Part shown: piece by piece, positions 9,139 to 15,952 of the stretch
Position numbering within the stretch: position 1 is the first letter of the stretch
How the letters are laid out: every line of letters begins with the position of its first letter
Source of the DNA: Promethearchaeota archaeon
Lineage (GTDB): Archaea; Asgardarchaeota; Thorarchaeia; Thorarchaeales; Thorarchaeaceae
Direction: 5' to 3'
DNA: 17,609 bases
NCBI GenBank assembly: GCA_027031765.1
Contig: JALVPN010000091.1
Span: 1-17,609, forward strand
The notes under the pieces: generated by a model
What the model was told of the DNA's origin: nothing
What the model saw: the letters and a program-made list of their open reading frames with translations, nothing else
Database searches by the model: none
Made by a program: the position numbers and the translations under genes

Positions 9139-9882
9139 TCAGACGTGGGCCAAAAGGTCATCGGCTGAGGTCACGACCAGGACCGGTCTCGTATCGTCAC
9201 CATACCTTTCCAGCATCTTGCTCAGGGAGTGCCGCCGTCCGTTCACCCACACGGCCTGCATTCCGGCCCTAGTGGCACCAACAACGTCGGCATAGTACTC
9301 GTCGCCGACACAGACCGTGCTCTCCCTGTGCGTGCCTAGCTGGTCGAGGACCGTTTCGAACACCCCTCTCATTGGCTTGTAGCCCTTCACGTCACCCGTG
9401 TCCGCGACCACCATGAACAGGTCTGCTAGCCCCAGGCGTCCAAGTACTAGGGACGCGTGCCCCTCGAAGGTGTTCGTCAGCACGGCGAGCCGGACACCCA
9501 TTGTGTGCAACCTTCTGACCAGCTGTCTGACAGCAGGTGTGACATCTGCAAGCCTGATGTGTTGGTCACGTATCTCCTTGGCGCCACGCTCCACGGTCTC
9601 TATGGGGGCGTCGAGTCCCACCTCGTGGAGAGCGGCAGCAATGGCCCTGCGGATGACCTCGATTGGTGGGATATAGTCACCGCCCCGGACAACGTTGTCT
9701 ATCTCCTGTCTGTAGGCCCTGATCAGTGCCCCCAAGTACGACGACAACATCTCCTCGTGCCGGTCAGTGACCTGACGCAGCAGCCACTCGGAGGCGCGGA
9801 CCGGGAAATCGTGGGTCTCTATCAGTGTGGAGTCAAGGTCAAAGATTATGCCTTCCTGTGTTCCGAGCCTTATGCTGGTCAC
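9139..9882 (-). CDS. HAD-superfamily hydrolase (subfamily IA-like)
   Basis: Motif I IIFDLDSTL, motif II LTN, motif III YKP, motif IV VGDEYYADVVGA; 18 nt downstream of the CoA-transferase beta gene. Confidence 0.88.
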   Translation of the reverse strand: MTSIRLGTQEGIIFDLDSTLIETHDFPVRASEWLLRQVTDRHEEMLSSYLGALIRAYRQEIDNVVRGGDYIPPIEVIRRAIAAALHEVGLDAPIETVERGAKEIRDQHIRLADVTPAVRQLVRRLHTMGVRLAVLTNTFEGHASLVLGRLGLADLFMVVADTGDVKGYKPMRGVFETVLDQLGTHRESTVCVGDEYYADVVGATRAGMQAVWVNGRRHSLSKMLERYGDDTRPVLVVTSADDLLAHV

Positions 9883-9900
9883 GTCGCCACCTGGCCCGTG

Positions 9901-10674
9901 TCAGTCCCTTGCCTTGCCGAGGTACACGCCGTGGGGGTCCAGGCGGTGCATTATCTCAATCTGCTCCTGCGTCGGCTCCTCCGTTGTTGGTACACTGTCC
10001 GGTACAATCAGGTCGAACATCACGTTGTCCAGGACATCGTCCACTGTGTACCCCGGGTGCACGCTCATCAGCCTGATCTTGCGTGTCACGGGGTCAAAGT
10101 CCATCTGACACATGTCTGTTATTACGACCTCGGGCCCACCACCCACCAGCGACCACCTCTCCCTTGACCCGGGGCCCTCAAGGTGTCCCGGGCTCGTCAT
10201 GTGGTCCAGCTGCTTGACGAACTTCCTCTTGTCGTGTGTCATCATTATGATCAGGCGTTTGGCCGAGGAAGCGATGTCATTACCACCACCACTGCCAGGC
10301 AGTCGTATCTTCGGGGCCTCGTATGGGCCTATGTATGTGGTGTTGAGGTTCCCGTACTCGTCAATCTGTGCCGCACCCAGGAAACCGACATCGATACGGC
10401 CGGCCTGGAGGATGAAGCCCAGCGTTTCAATCAGGCCGATTGACGCGGAGCACCCATAGTAGTACCGCGAGTCGGCGACAGAGAGCGGCACCTCTCTGGG
10501 CATGGCATCGATGAACCCGGCCTCCGAGATGAGGTTCGCATTCGGTGCGTGGGTGTTCTTTGCAAGGAGGGCCGCCAGCAGTGGCAGACCAGTACCACCA
10601 AACACGTTCTCACCATCTCGCACGTGTCGCGACGCGCACGCCGCCAAGAACTCGATTCTTGTGTACCTGCTCAC
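9901..10674 (-). CDS. Family I CoA-transferase beta subunit (glutaconate CoA-transferase GctB-like)
   Basis: GTGLPL, LISEAG (Glu51, the position of catalytic GctB Glu54), AQIDEYGNLN, RLPGSGGGNDI, TSPG..GPGSRER; SD GAGGAGGT overlapping the upstream stop. Substrate unknown. Confidence 0.9.
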   Translation of the reverse strand: MSRYTRIEFLAACASRHVRDGENVFGGTGLPLLAALLAKNTHAPNANLISEAGFIDAMPREVPLSVADSRYYYGCSASIGLIETLGFILQAGRIDVGFLGAAQIDEYGNLNTTYIGPYEAPKIRLPGSGGGNDIASSAKRLIIMMTHDKRKFVKQLDHMTSPGHLEGPGSRERWSLVGGGPEVVITDMCQMDFDPVTRKIRLMSVHPGYTVDDVLDNVMFDLIVPDSVPTTEEPTQEQIEIMHRLDPHGVYLGKARD

Positions 10675-10687
10675 TCTCCAGACCTCC

Positions 10688-11602
10688 TCAGTACCCCCAT
10701 GGCCTCTTGGCCCGCAGCTGGTTCAGGCGCTCCCAGCCGACCTTGTCCAGGTAGCTCCAGTGGTCATCCACACCAAAAATGTACTCGTCAAGGTACTCCT
10801 GCCAGGTCTCCTCTTTGCGGGTCATCTTGTGGAAGAACTGCAGGAACTCAAGGTCGTAGTCGTAGTAGTTGTGGCACTGCATCGGGTGGGCGATGAAGGG
10901 CAGCACGACGACATGGTCCACGTACATAGCGGGAATCCTCGTCTGGTCAGGCCGTGACCTGATCTCGGCCTCGTCCACAAGCTCCTCCGCCAGCACGATG
11001 AGCTTCTTGCCACAGCGGCTGCCCTCAATGTCCTCCCCCACAATGCCATCAATCTGGGCGTTCCCGGTCTGGTCAACACGCTGGACATGGACGATGCTGA
11101 AGTCCGGTTGCACGGAGGGCACAAGACAGACCCTCTGTCCTGTGAATGGGCAGTCTATCACTCTCAGCTTCTTGTCGCCCCTGTACCTCGACTTGTTGGC
11201 CATGTCCGTCCCCATCAGGCTCCGGATGGGCATGAAGGGGACATTGAGCGCGCCTCCCAAGAAGCGCATCGCCATGGCAAGGTTGCTGTAGTCCTCAATC
11301 TCGACCTTTCCCTCCGCAACTCGCCTCCGCATGTTGTACGCTAGGCCAATGGCCTCGATGGCAACAAAGGCGATCTCGAAGCGGCCGGCAACACCAGCAC
11401 CAGCCATTATCTCGAGGTCCACCTCCGAGCCACATGTGTATATGGTGAGGTCTCTCTTCTTCTGGCGCACCAGTTCCTGTGCAAAGGCGATGGGCGCACG
11501 CTGGTATCCAAAACCGCCCCAGAACAGGCCGGCCCCATCAGGGACCATCTTTGCGGCCTCGGCGAGCGTGATGCGTTTGTCTTCAACCTCTCCTTCAGTC
11601 AC
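10688..11602 (-). CDS. Family I CoA-transferase alpha subunit (GctA-like)
   Basis: GGFG..RAP.AF..EL.RQ, EDYSNLAM, RFLGGA..VPFMP.RSLMGTD, CPFTG, VHVQRVD..GNAQI, HPMQCHNYYDYD; SD AGGTGA before GTG. Confidence 0.9.
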   Translation of the reverse strand: MTEGEVEDKRITLAEAAKMVPDGAGLFWGGFGYQRAPIAFAQELVRQKKRDLTIYTCGSEVDLEIMAGAGVAGRFEIAFVAIEAIGLAYNMRRRVAEGKVEIEDYSNLAMAMRFLGGALNVPFMPIRSLMGTDMANKSRYRGDKKLRVIDCPFTGQRVCLVPSVQPDFSIVHVQRVDQTGNAQIDGIVGEDIEGSRCGKKLIVLAEELVDEAEIRSRPDQTRIPAMYVDHVVVLPFIAHPMQCHNYYDYDLEFLQFFHKMTRKEETWQEYLDEYIFGVDDHWSYLDKVGWERLNQLRAKRPWGY

Positions 11603-11657
11603 AGGGGCTCACCTGCATTGAGGTCACCCGGACCTCCGGACGAGCTTTGGCAATGCA

Positions 11658-11670
11658 CCTTTTATCTTTG
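11658..11670 (-). promoter_or_regulatory. Putative TATA-like box of the CoA-transferase operon
   Basis: Minus strand CAAAGATAAAAGG about 57 nt upstream of GTG 11602; the only AT-rich patch nearby. Confidence 0.35.
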
Positions 11671-12081
11671 TTCTTGGTCGGGAGACCCTTTCGAGGCCTC
11701 TTGCCACTAGTCTATGGGTGGTTCCGGCAGGGAAACACACGGTGTCAAGCTGTGTCCCAGTAGGAGTCACGTCCTGGGTTGAAACACAGTACATGCCACA
11801 TCCACACTCATTTGATAGGTCCGCTCTTGCTGTCCGCCTCTCTCAGTCCATGGGGCCTGCACCCACCCATCATGTCCTCTACGGTATCAGTGACACTTGG
11901 TGGCTGTGAGGGTCAGGCCTGGGGCCGTGTCAGCCCACTCCCTGGGCTGCGGGTGTTTCGTGTATGGTCCTGTCCTGTCGACATCCGTATGTGGAAGCAT
12001 TGCCCGTCATCCGCGTGGGACGGTTGTTTCATGCAAGCACGGCCACTGGAGTCCCTCTTAGCAGCACTCCGTGTGGCCTGT

Positions 12082-12453
12082 TCATTGCAGGCCCCGTATG
12101 GCCACCGTCAGCAGGCCGACTAGGAGTGTAATCAGTACCCAGCACACACAACAGATAACACACTTGCCACAACACCCCTGTGCCTCCTGTGTTTCAGCCT
12201 CCTCCTCCTCCACCATCCCAACGGGCTGCGGCGAAGTGCCATCGGTGTATGATGGCCCGAAGGTGACGCCGGAAGGGACTACATCGGGGGTCTCATGGCG
12301 GCCCATGTCCGGAAGGGCAAAGGTACCAAAGCCCGGCATGTACTCGAACACGCCACCGCACTTCCGGCACCTGACCTTGACCGACCTGTCAAGTCCAGGC
12401 GGCCCGCCGGCCCACGGACGCTCGCCACAATATGGACAGATGACGTCGTTCAT
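12082..12453 (-). CDS. MJ0042-family zinc-ribbon protein with Cys-rich C-terminal tail anchor
   Basis: CPYC-X19-CRKC with KVRCRKCGGVF; Pro/acidic linker; CCGKCVICCVC followed by a hydrophobic helix and RGLQ-stop; TATA-like box 27 nt upstream. Confidence 0.78.
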   Translation of the reverse strand: MNDVICPYCGERPWAGGPPGLDRSVKVRCRKCGGVFEYMPGFGTFALPDMGRHETPDVVPSGVTFGPSYTDGTSPQPVGMVEEEEAETQEAQGCCGKCVICCVCWVLITLLVGLLTVAIRGLQ

Positions 12454-12480
12454 TTCAATAGGACTCGCAGGGCCGACCCA

Positions 12481-12491
12481 TTAAAGTTTGT
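12481..12491 (-). promoter_or_regulatory. Putative BRE/TATA for the zinc-ribbon gene (likely leaderless or short leader)
   Basis: Minus strand CAAACTTTAAT ending 27 nt before ATG 12453. Confidence 0.5.
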
Positions 12492-12539
12492 GTGCGCGCC
12501 ACAGTGCCACCTGCCAGGCAGCCCCTCCGAAAGCGCGAG

Positions 12540-12556
12540 GGGAAACGTATTTATCT
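12540..12556 (+). promoter_or_regulatory. Putative BRE/TATA for the membrane-TPR gene
   Basis: GGGAAACGTATTTATCT; TTTAT box about 37 nt upstream of ATG 12592. Confidence 0.5.
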
Positions 12557-12591
12557 GGCGGCTGGCCGGGCCGTTGCGGAGTCCGGGAACG

Positions 12592-13809
12592 ATGTCGAAC
12601 GTGGAGAAAGCAAGGGAAACTGCGCAGCGCCTCTTCAGGTCTCTCAACCACCCACAGGCTCGCGTCGGCTACGTCGCGGTGTTCTGGTGGTTGGTTGCCA
12701 CGTTCTCGGTGCCAGTTGACCCCGTACGTGACGTCATCATCATATCGCTCATGATAGCAGCTGTTGCATCGGCCGCCCGCCCAGACAAACGCTGGCTCAA
12801 CGTGCTCGGCATCATTGTCGGCATCGCTATTGTCTTTGGTGCCATCAAGCTCCCTGCGTCTGACAGTCCCATGTACGCCCCTATGTTCTGGCTCCTGCTG
12901 GTCATTGGCGTGACCATCACCGTGTACTCCGTTGTGTCCACCGGTCTATGGCTCACTACACTTGAGATGTCATGGTGGACGAACCATGTAGAGGCGGTCA
13001 TCGGCCTCGTCCTTGTATGGTGGTGCGGGACGCAGATCAATGAAACACTTGCCAACCCTGCCGCAATCCCCTTCATGCGTTTCGTGGCCTTCGCACTCCT
13101 ACTGGCAGCTGGCATTGGCATCCTGTCCACATCACTGGTTACGGCCCGCCCGTGGAGGGTACGTTCACACGATGACCTCGGTCGCAAACAGCGTTCGGCG
13201 CATCAGAAGACCGTGGGCCTGTTGGCCTTCGCATCTATCGTCATCTGGCTCGACCAGATATACACAAATGAGATTGTCGTGTCCATGCTCGTAGCCATGC
13301 AGCCGAGTCCGGTTGCTGTTGGAGCTCTTGTGTGGTTCACAGAGATTGCCCTCACCCTGCCGGGGGTCATGTACTTCACACGGGGTGCAGTCCACCGTCA
13401 CGGTATCTCCACCCTTGTCGCCTTGGTGATCGGCCTCGCGATTGCTGTTGCTGGCGTATATGGTGGCATGACTCTCTATCTGTTCAAAGTCCTTGGTCTG
13501 TACGGGGCCGCCTATGCCGCTCTCGGTGTCGGTCTGCGCATCGCACCAATGGACACCCGCATCCTACTGGGCTACTCCCCAGCTGCGGAAGTTGACACGA
13601 TTGTCTACACCGATGTCGAAGAGGAGGGGACGACCTCTCCGCCAGAGGCCGAGAGGATGGCGGGTACATGGCTCAACAAGGCCAAGGTGCTGTATGAGGC
13701 TGGCGAGATTGACGAAGCAATGCATGCTGTTGAAATGGTGTTCAAGTGGGATGCTGACAATGATGAGGCCCGCCAGCTCAAGGAGATGATTGGTGCGGCT
13801 GCACAGTAG
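12592..13809 (+). CDS. Hypothetical polytopic membrane protein (about 10-11 TM) with C-terminal TPR-like motif
   Basis: 405 aa from ATG 12592 (MSNVEKARE); long run of hydrophobic helices, an acidic linker, then WLNKAKVLYEAGEIDEAMHAVEMVFKWDADNDEA, which fits TPR spacing. Confidence 0.8.
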   Translation: MSNVEKARETAQRLFRSLNHPQARVGYVAVFWWLVATFSVPVDPVRDVIIISLMIAAVASAARPDKRWLNVLGIIVGIAIVFGAIKLPASDSPMYAPMFWLLLVIGVTITVYSVVSTGLWLTTLEMSWWTNHVEAVIGLVLVWWCGTQINETLANPAAIPFMRFVAFALLLAAGIGILSTSLVTARPWRVRSHDDLGRKQRSAHQKTVGLLAFASIVIWLDQIYTNEIVVSMLVAMQPSPVAVGALVWFTEIALTLPGVMYFTRGAVHRHGISTLVALVIGLAIAVAGVYGGMTLYLFKVLGLYGAAYAALGVGLRIAPMDTRILLGYSPAAEVDTIVYTDVEEEGTTSPPEAERMAGTWLNKAKVLYEAGEIDEAMHAVEMVFKWDADNDEARQLKEMIGAAAQ

Positions 13810-13893
13810 GCTGTGGTCTTGCAGCGGGTGTTCGTCGCCGAGGCGGTCTTCCGGTACCGGGGCTGCCCGGCAGACTGTCGGACAAGTGGGTCA

Positions 13894-13956
13894 TGGCCCA
13901 TTGCCCAGTCCCGCGGACCGCCCAGTCCATGTGCTGACCCCATCTGGCCCATTGCC
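13894..13956. repeat. 12-bp direct repeat TGGCCCATTGCC x2 (13894-13905, 13945-13956)
   Basis: Two exact copies 51 nt apart, plus GCCCAGTCC x2 (13903-13911, 13920-13928), in a 298-nt spacer between convergent genes. Confidence 0.6.
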
Positions 13957-14107
13957 ACTCATCGTGTCTCTAGCTTTTACGTGACACCACACACATACCG
14001 CAGCCATTGTCCACTACACTGCACAGCAGAGCTCAGAGGGAGTGATGACCCGTTGTCATCGTGCGGGCTGCAGGTACCACGTAGGCCCTTTCGGTTGGCC
14101 GCTGGTC

Positions 14108-14947
14108 TCACGGCGTCCCGAAGTACAGGGCCCGAGCGCGTCTCATGATGTCGTCGTCCGCTGGAAACACGAGCGGGATTGCAGTATAGGTGGACTGACA
14201 TGGCAGGCCCTTGGCCACGTGGAACACGACCTGCGGCCGTCCCGTTTCAGTGTTGAAGTCAATCTCAATGACGTAGCTGGCAGCAGTGCTGAACTCGTGC
14301 ACACCATCAGCATGCTTACAGATGCTGCCAGACCCGGGTGCGCTCCCGTGGTCTCTAAGGAGGTCGAACACATCGTCAACCTTCGTGGCGCTCCGCAATA
14401 GTTCGTACCCACGTTCGACTCGCTTCGTTGAGTCATCATAGTACGTGTCCAGTCCGAAGGCTGAGGTGGCCTTCTTTACCTCGTCCTCTGTGTCAAGGAG
14501 GATGTGGTGCCCGGTACGGATGACCTTCTTCTCCGACCACTCGATTGAGTGCTCGTCCCCTGCAATCTCAATGGCCAGCATGCCGTCTGCGTCTGCGAGG
14601 ACCAGGTTTCCCCACTGGTACCTGCGTCCCTTCTCAAGGTGATCCCTCGTCATCTTCAGCCCGTCCTCGACATCCTTTGCGAACATCAGGATCTGCTCTG
14701 TCAGGATGTCGTATGAGGGGTCATTGGTGGTCTTGACATGCGTGTTGGCAACCGCCAGTCCGTAGCGGTTGACGCCTATGGCGAGCCCGCTGAGCCCCCC
14801 GGTGTGGGAGTCGAGCCCTCTAATCCCAAAACAGTCAATGTCATAGAACAGCTCGTCTTGGCCGGTCGTGGGTTTCAAATCCCTATTCTTGAAGACAAGT
14901 GTCTTCTGCATGTCCTTGAATATTATAGCACCAGCAAAGCTCGTCAT
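14108..14947 (-). CDS. Ntn-hydrolase, peptidase C45/isopenicillin-N acyltransferase-like, with N-terminal Thr instead of Cys
   Basis: LVFKNRD, IGVNRYGLAVAN, GNLVLADADG, S..R..R, SICKH...STAASYVI, VAKGLPC. Start assigned to ATG 14947 from SD GAGGAG (plus CTCCTC 14955-14960) and TATA TTTATAT (14994-14988). Confidence 0.75.
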   Translation of the reverse strand: MTSFAGAIIFKDMQKTLVFKNRDLKPTTGQDELFYDIDCFGIRGLDSHTGGLSGLAIGVNRYGLAVANTHVKTTNDPSYDILTEQILMFAKDVEDGLKMTRDHLEKGRRYQWGNLVLADADGMLAIEIAGDEHSIEWSEKKVIRTGHHILLDTEDEVKKATSAFGLDTYYDDSTKRVERGYELLRSATKVDDVFDLLRDHGSAPGSGSICKHADGVHEFSTAASYVIEIDFNTETGRPQVVFHVAKGLPCQSTYTAIPLVFPADDDIMRRARALYFGTP

Positions 14948-14987
14948 TCTGACACTCCTCTCTGGCGGGAGTGGTTCCGCATTCCCG

Positions 14988-14999
14988 ATATAAATGCTC
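14988..14999 (-). promoter_or_regulatory. TATA box of the C45-like gene
   Basis: Minus strand GAGCATTTATAT, 41 nt upstream of ATG 14947. Confidence 0.55.
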
Positions 15000-15125
15000 C
15001 CCGATTGGACCAATTCCCACGTATGGGCACGTCGGGACCAGGTCTTGTGGTGCATGTCCGGACTCGTCACATCCAGCTGGCCCCCTGTCCACTCGTGTGG
15101 GACACTGCGGGGCGGTGGCGGCCGG

Positions 15126-15138
15126 CAAAAGCTTAAGC
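15126..15138 (+). promoter_or_regulatory. Putative BRE/TATA-like box for birA
   Basis: CAAAAGCTTAAGC about 33 nt upstream of ATG 15170. Confidence 0.35.
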
Positions 15139-15169
15139 CAGCTCATCTAGACCTGCTGGCCTGAGTCAC

Positions 15170-15952
15170 ATGTCGCTGGCACAGATGATAGAACGCAGGG
15201 TCGTATCACGCAGGCTCACCATAGACGTACTTGTTTTCGACACCACACCGTCGACGAACGATGTGCTCCGGGCCATGGCACAGGGCGGGGCATGCGATGG
15301 CACTGTTGTGGTCGCCAGGCACCAGACAGCAGGGCGTGGGCGGCTCGGCAGGACATGGGCCTCGCCACCAGGTGGGGCCTACTTCTCGTTGCTCCTTCGT
15401 CCGATGCTCGAAGCCGACAGGTATCCGCTCCTGACCCTGCTGGCAGGTTCTGCTGTCTGCGAGGCCCTGCGTGCTCTTGGTGTGAGTGCTGCCCTGAAGT
15501 GGCCGAACGACGTCCTTGTCTGTGAGCGGAAGGTCGGGGGCATACTATGTGAGGTCGTGGACGGGGCGCTCATTGTGGGCATTGGTGTCAACCTGAACTC
15601 TCATGTTGCTGACTTCCCACACGAAATCCAAGAGCGCCTCACAACTGTACGCGAGGTCACCGGCCACACAGTGGATATTGCTACGTTCATTGCAGATGTG
15701 CTCACGGGCATCGGGACACGTCTGGAACGTCTTGAGGCTACAGGTGACGACCAGGCAGTGATAGAGGAGTGGTCGCGTCTCTCCTGTACACTCGGTCGCC
15801 ACGTGAAGGTAGTTGACGGTGGGCAGGTGGTCGAGGGCCTCGCAACTGGCATTGGGCCGTCAGGGGCCCTCATGCTGGAGACCACTTCGGGTCCCCTGCT
15901 CGTCAGGGCCGGTGATGTCCAGCATGTCCAGCAGGGGCGTCCTGGGCCTTAG
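15170..15952 (+). CDS. birA: Biotin--protein ligase (monofunctional, no N-terminal HTH)
   Basis: STN, QTAGRGRLGRTW, KWPND, KVGGIL, GIGVN, SH3-like C-terminus (G.A.GI...GAL). Confidence 0.95.
   Translation: MSLAQMIERRVVSRRLTIDVLVFDTTPSTNDVLRAMAQGGACDGTVVVARHQTAGRGRLGRTWASPPGGAYFSLLLRPMLEADRYPLLTLLAGSAVCEALRALGVSAALKWPNDVLVCERKVGGILCEVVDGALIVGIGVNLNSHVADFPHEIQERLTTVREVTGHTVDIATFIADVLTGIGTRLERLEATGDDQAVIEEWSRLSCTLGRHVKVVDGGQVVEGLATGIGPSGALMLETTSGPLLVRAGDVQHVQQGRPGP

Noticed and set aside
11724-11790. AGGGAA-N6-GGTG-N2-AA resembling the 5' core of a cobalamin riboswitch, tempting given the nearby B12 mutase
   Set aside because: It lacks the UCC closing P4 and the CCCGC/ACUG B12 box, lies on the plus strand with no plus-strand gene downstream, and is 3.3 kb from the mutase operon.
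11718-12123. Plus-strand ORFs of 63 aa and 114 aa in the long spacer
   Set aside because: No SD or TATA support, atypical composition, no motifs; the longer one overlaps the zinc-ribbon gene end.
12295-12591. N-terminal 99 aa of the 504-aa ORF call
   Set aside because: It overlaps the opposite-strand zinc-ribbon gene and both TATA boxes, and the sequence is low-complexity and Arg/Pro-rich; ATG 12592 fits the promoter.
3682-13956. Recurrent CATTGCC heptamer in intergenic DNA (3684, 11649-11655 reverse, 11998, 13899, 13950) as a shared regulator site
   Set aside because: It also occurs in coding sequence (e.g. 3278, 5731, 6466), its position and orientation relative to promoters are inconsistent, and two copies belong to one local duplication.
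13894-13956. Direct repeat 51 nt apart as a mini-CRISPR array
   Set aside because: Only two 12-bp copies; too short for a CRISPR repeat, and no cas genes or leader.
14948-15070. 41-aa N-terminal extension of the C45-like ORF as an autoprocessed propeptide
   Set aside because: It contains the TATA box and SD that point to ATG 14947. Even if translated, no Cys is present at the nucleophile position.
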